Positions 19,756 through 29,494 of a stretch of 40,955 bases of DNA are shown here, piece after piece. A program made the translations under genes and the position numbers. The stretch's first letter is position 1. The number at the start of each line of letters is the position of its first letter. The DNA is from Candidatus Pelagibacter sp. (lineage in GTDB: Bacteria; Pseudomonadota; Alphaproteobacteria; Pelagibacterales; Pelagibacteraceae): positions 1-40,955 of the forward strand of contig JBJLDM010000020.1 in assembly GCA_045567135.1 (NCBI GenBank). Direction: 5' to 3'. The notes below the pieces were generated by a model. The model saw nothing but the letters and a program-made list of their open reading frames with translations. It had not been told where the DNA came from and searched no databases.

Positions 19756-20676
19756 TTTTTTAAAGCAATATAATAAAATGCTTTTTTGAACATAAATTCT
19801 ATTAAGCGCCTGTTGAAAAACTTTACTCTGCTTTCCTAAAAAAACACTATTTGATACTTCAGATCCTCTTGGTAAACAGTGAAGAAAAATTGCATCCTTT
19901 TTTGCACAATTCATAACTTCTGAGGTTACTTTAAAGTTTTTAAAATCTTTTATTTTTTTTATTTTATTAACTTCATCATTCATTGATATAACTTTATCAG
20001 TAAAAATTACATCACTTCCTTTCGCTGCTTTTTTACTATCATAAAATATCTTAATATTGCCTTTATTTTTTTTTGCCCAACTTAATACAATTTTATTTGG
20101 TTCATATTTTTTCGGACAGCCAATATTTAACTTAAATGAAAATTTTACTGAAGCTTCAATTAAACTATTAAGAACATTATTTGAATCTCCAATCCAACAA
20201 ATTTGTAATTTTGAAATAGGTTTTTTTTTAATCTCTTCAATAGTAAAAACATCTGACAAAACCTGAGTTGGATGCGATTTTGGAGATAAACCATTAATTA
20301 ATGGAATAGTCATATGTTTTTTTAATACTTCTAATTTTTGCTCACTATCCGTTCTAAGCATAAAAGCATTTCCAAAAGTAGATATAATTTTTGCCATATC
20401 GGACAAACTTTCACCTCCTTTACTTAAATGAAGCTCATCAGAACGTAAGGTAAGTGCTCCTCCATTAAGTTGTTTAATCGCAATATAAAAACTTAATCTT
20501 GTTCTTAAACTTGATTTTTCAAACATTTGAATTAATAGTTTGCCTTTAAGTGGTGAATCTTTATCTGCATCAAGAGTGTTAAGACTTTTTCTTTTTATCT
20601 TTCTTCTTTTCGCATCTAAAATTATTTTTTTTAAATCTTTGTTAGAGATATCTTTTATATTAATAAAATGCTTCAT
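19747..20676 (-). CDS. argF: Ornithine carbamoyltransferase
   Basis: FEKSSLRTR, HPTQ, WIGDSNNV, HCLP; downstream of argD. Confidence 0.9.
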   Translation of the reverse strand: MKHFINIKDISNKDLKKIILDAKRRKIKRKSLNTLDADKDSPLKGKLLIQMFEKSSLRTRLSFYIAIKQLNGGALTLRSDELHLSKGGESLSDMAKIISTFGNAFMLRTDSEQKLEVLKKHMTIPLINGLSPKSHPTQVLSDVFTIEEIKKKPISKLQICWIGDSNNVLNSLIEASVKFSFKLNIGCPKKYEPNKIVLSWAKKNKGNIKIFYDSKKAAKGSDVIFTDKVISMNDEVNKIKKIKDFKNFKVTSEVMNCAKKDAIFLHCLPRGSEVSNSVFLGKQSKVFQQALNRIYVQKSILLYCFKKLR

Positions 20677-20684
20677 TATTATAA

Positions 20685-21848
20685 TTAAAATTCTTTACAA
20701 ACTTTTTTAATAATTTTTATTGCAATATCTATTTCTGACTTCTTAACGTTAAGAGGAGGTAAAATTCTTATAGTATTTTCCCCTGATCTTATTGTAAGTA
20801 ATTTATTATCTTGGAGTTTTTTAATAAATTTTAATGGATCATTAAAAAGTTGCAAACCAATTAATAAACCCATTCCTCTTACTTCTTTAATTAATTTGGG
20901 ATAATCAATTTTAATTTGGTTTAATTCATTAAAAAAATATTTAGATATCTTATGTACATTTTTAAGAAATCCTTTTTTAAAAATTTGATCTAATACAGCA
21001 TTACCTACACTCATTGCTAATGGGTTACCTCCATTTGTAGTTCCATGAGTACCTGGAACCATTCCAGAAGCAACTTTTTTTGTCATTAAAACAGCACCAA
21101 GTGGAAATCCTCCACCTATTCCTTTAGCAATTGGCACTATATCTGGTTTAACTTTTGCATGCTCAAATGCAAAAAACTTCCCAGTTCTTCCAATTCCACA
21201 TTGAACCTCATCTAAAATTAATAAAATTTTTTTTTTATTACAAATTTTTCTTAACTCTCTTAAACACCAGTCTGGTATTACTTTAATTCCACCTTCTCCC
21301 ATCACTGTCTCGACCATTATAGCTGCGGTTTTACTATTAATTGCCTTTTTTAATGACTTATGATCACCAAATTTAAAATGATCAAATCCATCTACCTTTG
21401 GACCAAAACCTTCTTGCATTTTTTTACTGCCACTAGCATTAATTGCAGCAATTGTTCTGCCATGAAAAGAATTTTTGATACATAAAATTCTATTCTTTTT
21501 TGCTTGACCAATTGAGTAAAAATATCTTCTTGCCACTTTTATTGATGCTTCAATTGCTTCTGCTCCAGAGTTCTGAAAAATAACACTATCAGCAAAAGTT
21601 TTTTTTGTAAGTCTTTTAGCAAGTATCTCTCCTTCAGGAATTATAAATGCATTTGAAACATGCCAAATTTTTTTAGCTTGTTTATACATTTCTTTAATTA
21701 AATATGGATTTGAGTGGCCCAAGGAATTTACAGCTATACCTTGAACAAAATCTAAATATTTTTTACCGTTGGTTGAATATAAAAAGCTTCCTTTGCCATT
21801 TTTAAAAGCAATTTTTCTTCTGTTGTAATTTTTAGCTAAAGCGGACAT
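20685..21848 (-). CDS. argD: Acetylornithine aminotransferase
   Basis: NSGAEAIE, SFHGRT, DEVQCGIGRTG, AKGIGGG. Confidence 0.94.
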   Translation of the reverse strand: MSALAKNYNRRKIAFKNGKGSFLYSTNGKKYLDFVQGIAVNSLGHSNPYLIKEMYKQAKKIWHVSNAFIIPEGEILAKRLTKKTFADSVIFQNSGAEAIEASIKVARRYFYSIGQAKKNRILCIKNSFHGRTIAAINASGSKKMQEGFGPKVDGFDHFKFGDHKSLKKAINSKTAAIMVETVMGEGGIKVIPDWCLRELRKICNKKKILLILDEVQCGIGRTGKFFAFEHAKVKPDIVPIAKGIGGGFPLGAVLMTKKVASGMVPGTHGTTNGGNPLAMSVGNAVLDQIFKKGFLKNVHKISKYFFNELNQIKIDYPKLIKEVRGMGLLIGLQLFNDPLKFIKKLQDNKLLTIRSGENTIRILPPLNVKKSEIDIAIKIIKKVCKEF

Positions 21849-21850
21849 GT

Positions 21851-22663
21851 TTATGATTTAATTTTATATCCTTTTTTATATAAAAAAAATGCTATAAACC
21901 AACCTAATAAAGCAAGTATTGGTAAATAAATTAATCCAAAAAACAAAGGCCCGTCAGAGACTCCTAGGAAACCATACCTAAAAATATTTATTATGTGAAA
22001 AAAAGGATTTACACTACTTACTGTTTGAAAGAATAATGGCAATCTATCTACTGTATAAAATACACCTGAAAGAAAACTCAAAGGCTGAATAATAAAATTA
22101 GTAACTGTAGCAGTATGATCAAATTTTGTAGCCCATAAACCTGTAACAAACCCAAGACTACCAATAAAAAAAGAGCCAAAAAAAGTCGCATAAAAAATAT
22201 AAAATAAATTTTTAATTGGCATTTCTACTATAAATAAAAATACAATTGCCGAGATAATACCTATAATCAAACTTCTCGTTACAGCTGCAAAAATTATTGC
22301 AAAAGACACTTCAAAAGCTGAAAGTGGAGCATATAAAATATCAACTATATTTCCCTGCATTTTAGAAATCATTAAAGAACTCACGGAATGTGAAAAACTT
22401 TGAAGTATCATAGATTGAATTATCAACCCAGGAGCTAAAAAAGTTACAAAAGAATAACCCAAAACATCACCTCTTTCATTTCCTAAAGCTAGAGTTAATA
22501 CAGATAAAAATAATAAACTTGATACAAGTGGTGATAGAAGTGTTTGCGCCCAAACAACAAAAAATCTACTACATTCTCTATAATAAAGTGCAATTAGGCC
22601 AATATAATTTATTAAACCAAATTGACGTACACCAATTTTGTATTTTTTTTGTAATTCAACCAT
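21851..22663 (-). CDS. ABC-2 type transporter permease (YadH-like)
   Basis: Multiple TM helices; QTLLSP, FLAPGL, FLSGVFY, NPFF motifs; usually divergent from gcrA. Confidence 0.88.
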   Translation of the reverse strand: MVELQKKYKIGVRQFGLINYIGLIALYYRECSRFFVVWAQTLLSPLVSSLLFLSVLTLALGNERGDVLGYSFVTFLAPGLIIQSMILQSFSHSVSSLMISKMQGNIVDILYAPLSAFEVSFAIIFAAVTRSLIIGIISAIVFLFIVEMPIKNLFYIFYATFFGSFFIGSLGFVTGLWATKFDHTATVTNFIIQPLSFLSGVFYTVDRLPLFFQTVSSVNPFFHIINIFRYGFLGVSDGPLFFGLIYLPILALLGWFIAFFLYKKGYKIKS

Positions 22664-22741
22664 AAGTAATAATGTTTATCTTTTTTTTTTTAATTTTGTT
22701 AAAAAAACAAAATTAATACTTGTTTTTTATTTCTTAAAATG

Positions 22742-22788
22742 TGTATGTATATTGTATAAGTAAATTAAATAACCACAATATATAGTTA
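22742..22788. promoter_or_regulatory. Candidate tandem NrdR boxes in the gcrA promoter
   Basis: CCACAATATATAGTTA (22773-22788) matches acaCwAtATaTwGtgt at 13/16. A weaker copy, TGTATGTATATTGTAT (22742-22757, 10/16), starts 31 bp upstream. Confidence 0.5.
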
Positions 22789-22791
22789 TAA

Positions 22792-23304
22792 ATGAGTTGG
22801 ACAGAAGAAAAGGTTAATAAATTAAAAGAGCTGTGGGGCAAAGGTAAAACGGCAAGTCAAATTGCTGAAATAATTGGTGGAATTAGCAGAAACGCTGTAA
22901 TTGGAAAAGCTCATAGATTAAATCTATCTGCAAAAATCAAAAGTAAAACATATTCTGAAGATTTTAGTAATAAATATAAGCAAACAGAAGATTTGGAAAA
23001 AGATGATAAAAGAAGAAAAAAAATTTCTAAATCTAAATTTAAATCATTATTAATTGAAAAAAATTTTGAACCCGAAAATCCAAAACAACTAGAAGAACTT
23101 AACGATAACTCATGTAAATGGCCAATAGGGCATCCAGATGAAAGTTCTTTTTATTTTTGTGGAAGAACCTCACTAAAAGATTTTTCATATTGTAAATTAC
23201 ACTTACTCTATGCATTCCAGCCAAAAACTAAGAAGGAAGATATAATTGAAAAAAGTAATGATGAAGTCCCAAAATATATTAGTAAAAAAATTAAATCTGC
23301 TTAA
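22792..23304 (+). CDS. gcrA: Cell-cycle regulator GcrA
   Basis: MSWTEE..LW..G.TASQIA..SRNAVIGKAHRL and CKWPIGHP..FYFCG..YC..H. Confidence 0.97.
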   Translation: MSWTEEKVNKLKELWGKGKTASQIAEIIGGISRNAVIGKAHRLNLSAKIKSKTYSEDFSNKYKQTEDLEKDDKRRKKISKSKFKSLLIEKNFEPENPKQLEELNDNSCKWPIGHPDESSFYFCGRTSLKDFSYCKLHLLYAFQPKTKKEDIIEKSNDEVPKYISKKIKSA

Positions 23305-23406
23305 TTTTTAATTATTTAAAGTCATCCCCAAAATATTATTAATTTATTTAAATCTTTAACATTTAAAAATTGCTCAATAGAAGGTATCATTTTCCATTAA
23401 GTATTT

Positions 23407-23514
23407 TTACTTATTTTTTTTTGCCTTGATACCTCTACTAATTGCTTTTATAGCTATATAAATAACAAATAAAAGTATTAAAGCTACGCTAATATAAACA
23501 AAATAAGCAATCAT
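23407..23514 (-). CDS. Small single-pass membrane protein, 35 aa (MIAYFVYISVALILLFVIYIAIKAISRGIKAKKNK), not in the ORF track
   Basis: Translated by hand. ATG 6 nt after the upstream stop on the same strand; 22 uncharged residues followed by a basic tail. Confidence 0.7.
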   Translation of the reverse strand: MIAYFVYISVALILLFVIYIAIKAISRGIKAKKNK

Positions 23515-23520
23515 ATAAAA

Positions 23521-24480
23521 TTATTTTTTTTCATTTTTTTCAACTGAAAACTGACCTCCTTCAGCATAATTAAAACTATATTTTAAAACTGAATCTTTAA
23601 AATGTAATTTACTAGGACATCCTATATCAAAATTTGTTATTCCATTTTCTGACTGAATACTATCATATTTTAATAAACGAAGTTGATCTAGAGTCAATAA
23701 CGGATTTGGAAATAACTGAAAAAATATTGCTGAAATTTTTGCTAAAAATAATGGTATTGGAATAAGCAATCTTTTTTTTTTTATAGATTTTGATAATACT
23801 TCAATTATTTCTCTAAAAGTTAAAATTTCTGGACCAATAGCTTCTATATCTTTTGAAACTATCTCTTTTGATATTACATTAAATATTAATTCAGCTACAT
23901 CAATAGCATGTATTGGTGTAAATTTTGTTTCTCCATTATAGTATAAAGGGAAAATAGGTAACAAACTTAATAAACTCATAAATCTTGTAGATAGTTTGTC
24001 ATCTACAGAAAAAACAATTGATGGCTTTATGATCGTAGCTCTATCAAAATTTTCTCTTATTTTTATTTCGCCGTTTATTTTACTTTGAGCATATTTAGAA
24101 TTTTTTGCTTTATCTAAAGCTAATGCTGAAACATGAATTAAATGTATATTTTTTTTTTTACAAATTTTTGAAATTCTATCAGGAAATTCTGTGTGTATTT
24201 TATTAAATGTATTATTTTTTCCTGTTTCGTGCAGGATACCGACTAAATTTACACATACATCTGCATTGGATAATAACTGATTTATCCTCTCTTCATCCAA
24301 AATACTAGTTTGTTCAATATCCAGATAACCTATAGGTGCTTGAGTTTTTAAAATATAACCTTTTTGATGAGTATTTCTAGTTACTGCTATAACTTTATAA
24401 TTATTACGGACCAAACGCCTTATACAATACCTGCCAATTTGGCCACTTGCTCCAAAGATTAGTACTTTTTTTGTTATCAT
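23521..24480 (-). CDS. Complex I NDUFA9-like NAD(P)-binding SDR/epimerase family protein
   Basis: GASGQIG, VNLVGIL, SKYAQSK, LTLDQLRLL. Confidence 0.9.
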   Translation of the reverse strand: MITKKVLIFGASGQIGRYCIRRLVRNNYKVIAVTRNTHQKGYILKTQAPIGYLDIEQTSILDEERINQLLSNADVCVNLVGILHETGKNNTFNKIHTEFPDRISKICKKKNIHLIHVSALALDKAKNSKYAQSKINGEIKIRENFDRATIIKPSIVFSVDDKLSTRFMSLLSLLPIFPLYYNGETKFTPIHAIDVAELIFNVISKEIVSKDIEAIGPEILTFREIIEVLSKSIKKKRLLIPIPLFLAKISAIFFQLFPNPLLTLDQLRLLKYDSIQSENGITNFDIGCPSKLHFKDSVLKYSFNYAEGGQFSVEKNEKK

Positions 24481-24530
24481 TTATCAAAAAATAGACAATA
24501 TTGTTTTGTCTTTATATATATAAACTAAAA

Positions 24531-25148
24531 ATGAATAACATCAAAATTTTCGAAAATGACCTTCCTTCAGATATCGATTTATCTAATGAAAAGGTTATAG
24601 GTCTCGATTGTGAAGCTCTTGGCTTAGTCGTGGGTAGAGACCCTCTAACTTTAATACAGCTAGGACTCAAATCAAAAGAATTTTATTTAATTAAATTAAA
24701 TAGAGAAAATTACAAAGCTCCTAATTTAATTAATATTTTATCCAATCCCTCAATTCAATTTATTATGCATTATGCAAGACAGGATTTATTGTGGCTAAAG
24801 TACCATCTAAAAGTTCAACCAAAAAATATATTTTGCACAAAACTTTGTTCAAAGATTGCAAGAACTGCATCAAGTTACCATGGTTATAAAGATTTAGTTA
24901 AAGAACTTTGCGGCAAAGATATATCTAAAAAAGAACAGCAAAGTGATTGGGGTGATCCAAATTTATCTGAAAAACAAATTAATTATGCCGCACAAGATAC
25001 TCAATACTTATTTGAAATAAAAGACAAACTTATCAAAATGCTTGTTAGAGAAAAAAGAATTGATCTTTTCGAAAAATGTATGAAAGTTTTACCAATATTA
25101 GTAGATATGGAAATATCAGGATATAAGATATCAACATTTGAACACTAA
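24531..25148 (+). CDS. rnd: Ribonuclease D-like 3'-5' exonuclease (probable ATG at 24531)
   Basis: DCE, HYARQD, CTK..SKIART, QQSDWG, YAAQD (DEDDy); rnd-kdsD-lptC synteny. Confidence 0.88.
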   Translation: MNNIKIFENDLPSDIDLSNEKVIGLDCEALGLVVGRDPLTLIQLGLKSKEFYLIKLNRENYKAPNLINILSNPSIQFIMHYARQDLLWLKYHLKVQPKNIFCTKLCSKIARTASSYHGYKDLVKELCGKDISKKEQQSDWGDPNLSEKQINYAAQDTQYLFEIKDKLIKMLVREKRIDLFEKCMKVLPILVDMEISGYKISTFEH

Positions 25149-25158
25149 AATTTTTTGT

Positions 25159-26130
25159 ATGAAAAAAATTAATTATAAAAAAATAGCTAAGGATGTAATC
25201 AATCTTGAAATTCAAGCTTTAAAAAAATTAAAAAATTCTATTAACAATTCATTTGACCAAGCAGTTAATGCAATAGTGAAATGTCAATCAAAAACTATAT
25301 TATGCGGAGTAGGAAAAAGCTATTTAATAGCATCTAAGATAGCAGCAACATTATCTTCTGTTGGTTGTCCTTCATTTGCGCTTTCTGCTAGCGATTGTTC
25401 TCATGGCGATCTTGGAAGCATATCTAAAAAAGATATTTTAATTTTAATTAGTAATTCTGGAGAAACAGAAGAGCTCAAACCTGTTATACAATATGCAAAT
25501 AGAAATAAAATTATTTTAATAGGAATTGTTTCAAAAAAAAATTCAATTTTATATAAAGCATCTGATATAAAATTATTTATTCCTGAAGTTAAAGAAGCTG
25601 GTTTAGAAATAGTTCCAACAAGTAGTACTTGTGAGCAATTAGCAATTGGGGATTGTTTGGCGGTAGCCTCTCTAAATAAAAAAAGATTCAGCAAGAAAAA
25701 TTTTAAAGAATTTCACCCAAGTGGAACCTTGGGAGCTAAACTCAAAACTGTTGAAGATATTATGATATCAGGAAATGGAATTCCGTTCATTTATGAGAAT
25801 TCAAATATGAAAAAAGCATTAAATCTTATAACAAGAAAAAAACTTGGAATGTTAGTTGTAATTAATAAAAAAAAACTAACTACAGGTATAATAACTGATG
25901 GACAAATTAGAAGGTCAAATCAAAAAAATAATAATTTAATAAATTTATTAGTTAAAAATATAATGACAAAAAACCCAATAAGTGTCGACAAAGATATATT
26001 GGCGGCAAAAAGTCTTTCTATAATGTCTGACAAAAAGATCACCAGTTTATGTGTACATAAAAACAATAAAATAAGAAAAACTATAGGTGTATTACATATA
26101 CACAGTATTCTTAGTGCGAATATAAACTAG
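25159..26130 (+). CDS. kdsD: Arabinose-5-phosphate isomerase (KpsF/GutQ, SIS plus CBS domains); probable ATG at 25159
   Basis: GVGKS, SHGDLG, SNSGET, PTSST, FHPSGTLG. Confidence 0.92.
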   Translation: MKKINYKKIAKDVINLEIQALKKLKNSINNSFDQAVNAIVKCQSKTILCGVGKSYLIASKIAATLSSVGCPSFALSASDCSHGDLGSISKKDILILISNSGETEELKPVIQYANRNKIILIGIVSKKNSILYKASDIKLFIPEVKEAGLEIVPTSSTCEQLAIGDCLAVASLNKKRFSKKNFKEFHPSGTLGAKLKTVEDIMISGNGIPFIYENSNMKKALNLITRKKLGMLVVINKKKLTTGIITDGQIRRSNQKNNNLINLLVKNIMTKNPISVDKDILAAKSLSIMSDKKITSLCVHKNNKIRKTIGVLHIHSILSANIN

Positions 26131-26715
26131 ATGAATAAACCACTTTTAATACAAACTGGAATTTTATTACTTATTATAATTATAATTTTTTTTTCATATA
26201 GATTTTTTTTATATGAAGAAAAAAAAAAAGAAGAGAATCTTTTAAATAAAATTGATGAAAACATTATTAAAGAAAAAGATACTAATATAATTCAAGATTT
26301 AAATTATAATTCAACTGATGAAAATGGTAATATTTATAAAATATTTTCAGAAACAGGAATAATTGATAAAGAGGATGTAAATATTTTATATTTAAAAAAA
26401 GTAAGAGCAATTATCAAAATAAAAAATTCTGGAGTTATAAATTTGTATTCAGATTTTGCAAAATATAATAAATCTAATCTTAATACCCATTTTTATGAAA
26501 GTGTAGAATTAAAATTTAAAAATCATAATCTTACTAGTAGTAATGTTTATTTAGACTATATAAAAAAAAAAATTAAAATTTCTGATAATATAAACTATTA
26601 TGACAAAGATAATAAAATGACTGCGGATGTAATTGAGTATGATTTATTAACAAAGACGTCTAAGATTTATATGTTAGATCAAAATAATAAAATTAAAGGA
26701 TTAGTAAAAAACTAA
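26131..26715 (+). CDS. lptC: LptC-like LPS export protein
   Basis: N-terminal TM helix followed by beta-rich sequence; between kdsD and lptB. The call rests largely on synteny. Confidence 0.72.
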   Translation: MNKPLLIQTGILLLIIIIIFFSYRFFLYEEKKKEENLLNKIDENIIKEKDTNIIQDLNYNSTDENGNIYKIFSETGIIDKEDVNILYLKKVRAIIKIKNSGVINLYSDFAKYNKSNLNTHFYESVELKFKNHNLTSSNVYLDYIKKKIKISDNINYYDKDNKMTADVIEYDLLTKTSKIYMLDQNNKIKGLVKN

Positions 26716-27492
26716 ATGGGAATAATTAAAAAATTTAGAATTAAATCATTTAAAAAAGTAAATCCTTTATTGGAATTAAAAAATATATCTATAGCATTCG
26801 GCCAAAGAAAAATTTTAGATAATATTTCTTTTAAAATTAATTCTGGAGAAATATTAGGTCTGTTGGGACCAAATGGAGCTGGTAAATCAACAATATTTAA
26901 TTTGATTATGGGTGTTTTAAAACCTGACTTTGGAACTATTAATTTTGGCACAAAAAATGCAACCAATTATCCTATATATCTAAGAACAAGAATGTTTAAT
27001 ATTGGTTATGTTCCTCAATATGGAGGATATTTTTCTGATCTTACAACATATGAAAATCTTAAAGCAGTTGCACAAATTTTAATTAAAGATGTTAGAGAGC
27101 AAAATACTAAAATTGAATATTTGATTTCTAAATTTGAATTAGACTATATTAAAAATATTAATGCTTCTCTTTTATCAGGAGGGCAAAAAAAAAAATTAGT
27201 TATAGCTCTTGCTTTACTTGGAGAGCCAAAAATATTACTTTTGGATGAATGCTTTGCCGCTCTTGATGTTCTTACAATTCAGATGTTGCAAAAAATTATT
27301 GTTAGTCTGCAAACTGAAGATAGAATTGGAATCATTATATGTGACCATCAAGCTCGTGATTTACTTTCTTGCGTTGATGTTGCAATGATATTGTCTAATT
27401 GCAAAATTATTGCTCAAGGAACTCCAAAAGAATTAATAAACAACCCTATAGCTCAAAGTGCTTATTTTGGCGAAACATTCAAAATTAATTAA
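26716..27492 (+). CDS. lptB: LPS export ABC transporter ATPase
   Basis: GLLGPNGAGKST, IGYVPQ, LLDECFA, AYFGE C-terminus. Confidence 0.9.
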   Translation: MGIIKKFRIKSFKKVNPLLELKNISIAFGQRKILDNISFKINSGEILGLLGPNGAGKSTIFNLIMGVLKPDFGTINFGTKNATNYPIYLRTRMFNIGYVPQYGGYFSDLTTYENLKAVAQILIKDVREQNTKIEYLISKFELDYIKNINASLLSGGQKKKLVIALALLGEPKILLLDECFAALDVLTIQMLQKIIVSLQTEDRIGIIICDHQARDLLSCVDVAMILSNCKIIAQGTPKELINNPIAQSAYFGETFKIN

Positions 27493-27498
27493 TTTAAA

Positions 27499-28832
27499 AT
27501 GAGCTCAAAATTTATAATAATAAATAAAAAAATAAATAGTTTTAATAAAACAATACAAGTCGATGGAGACAAAAGTTTATCAATAAGGTGGGCTCTATTG
27601 GCTTCACAGGCAATAGGAACTTCTAAAGCTTTTAATTTACTTAAATCAGAAGATACACTTAATACACTAAAATGCTTAAAAAAATTAGGTATAAAAATAA
27701 AATTATCAAAAAAATTTTGTCAAATTGAAGGTAGGGGTATTAATGGTTTTTTATTTAAAAAAAATCTCACACTCAATGCTGGTAATTCAGGAACACTTGG
27801 CAGATTACTATTGCCTTTGTTAATAAAATCTCCACACAAAATAAAAATGATTGGTGATAAAAGTTTATCTAAAAGGGATTTTTCAAGAGTAATAAAACCT
27901 TTAAAAAATATGGGTGTTAACTTTTATCCAGAAAACAAAAGTAAACTTCCTATTTTCATTAAGGGAAGCACATATTTAAGACCAATAAAATATATTGAAA
28001 ATCGAGGTTCCGCACAATGTAAAAGTTGTGTCATGTTAGCTGCTCTAAACATACATGGAGAAACTACAATAAGTGCAAAAAAATCAAGAGATCACACTGA
28101 ATTGCTATTTGAAAATTTAAAAATACCAATAAAAATTAAAAGGAAAAAAAATTATGATACCATTAAAATTATAAAACCTAAATCTATAAATAGTTTCAAC
28201 TTAACTATACCAAGGTGATATTAGTTCAAGTGCTTTTTTTATAGTTTTAACATTATTATCAAAAAATTCTAAACTTATAATTAAGAAAATTAATATTAAT
28301 CCTTCAAGATTAGGTGTTATTAAAATTTTAAATAAAATGGGAGCTAAAATAAAATTACTTAATATAAAAAAAAATAAATAATGAAAAAACTGCAGATATT
28401 TTTGTAAAAAGTGTAAATAATTTAAAAGGAATAAATTGTCCAAGCAATTTAAATAGTAGTGCTATTGACGAATTTTTAATAATTTTTTTAGCTGCAGCAA
28501 AAGCAAAAGGGGTTTCTTACTTTAAAAAACTAACTGAACTAAATCAAAAAGAAAGTCCAAGATTAAGAATTGGATCAAAAATTTTAAATATGATTGGAAT
28601 AAAAGTATTTTCAAGTAAAAATTCAATAAAAATATATGGAAATCCTAATCTTAAATTAAACAAAAATTATGTAATAAAAAACTTTCTGAAAGATCATAGG
28701 GTTTTTATGATGACAGTTATATCAGCACTATCTTTAGGTGGTACTTGGAAAATCTACAACCCTGAATCTGTAAAAACTTCTTTTCCTTCTTTTTTAAAAA
28801 TTATATCAAAACTTGGAGCAAAAATTAATTGA
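27499..28832 (+). CDS. aroA: EPSP synthase with two apparent +1 frameshifts (about 28213 and the A9 run 28366-28374), probably sequencing errors; 443 aa if corrected
   Basis: GDKSLS, GNSGT, SAQCKS, RDHTE in frame 1; GDISSSAFF and NPSR in frame 2; IDEF, KESPR and DHR in frame 3. Confidence 0.9.
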
Positions 28833-29494
28833 AAATAAAAAAAAAAATAAAAATAGCAATTGACTCACCAGCAGCAGCTGGTGCTGGCACTATTGCTAAA
28901 AAAATATCAAAACATTTTAACCTCTTATATTTGGATACGGGTAAAATTTATAGAATGATAGCTTTTTTAAAATTTAAAAATAAAAAAAATTTTAAATATT
29001 CTCTAATAAAAAAAAAAATGAATAAACTTAAAATTGTCCACTTGGAAAATAAACAACTGCTAAATGACAAAATTGGGATAATTGCATCTGAAATTGCAAA
29101 AGATAAAGGAATACGAAAATTGGTACATAATTTTCAAATTAAATGTGCTTACAATTTTCCAAAAAAATATAATGGATCTTGTTTGGATGGAAGAGATATT
29201 ACTTACAAAATTATACCTAACGCAGAATTTAAATTTTTTATAACTGCAAATATTAAAATAAGAGCTTTAAGAAGATATAAAGAACTAAAAAAACTTCAAA
29301 AAAAAATAAGCTATAAAGAAGTTTTAAAAAGTATTAAAAAACGTGATAATAATGACTATAATAGGCGTATATCTCCTCTTAAAAAAACCAAGGATTCAGT
29401 CTTGATTAATACTTCAAATTTAACTAAAAGTGCATGTTTTTTTAAAATTAAAAAAATTATAGAGGAAAAAATAAAAATTAATGGAAATATATAA
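28829..29494 (+). CDS. cmk: Cytidylate kinase (TTG start)
   Basis: IAIDSPAAAGAGT, YLDTGKIYR, DGRDI, RDNND; aroA-cmk-rpsA synteny. Confidence 0.92.
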   Translation: MKIKKKIKIAIDSPAAAGAGTIAKKISKHFNLLYLDTGKIYRMIAFLKFKNKKNFKYSLIKKKMNKLKIVHLENKQLLNDKIGIIASEIAKDKGIRKLVHNFQIKCAYNFPKKYNGSCLDGRDITYKIIPNAEFKFFITANIKIRALRRYKELKKLQKKISYKEVLKSIKKRDNNDYNRRISPLKKTKDSVLINTSNLTKSACFFKIKKIIEEKIKINGNI

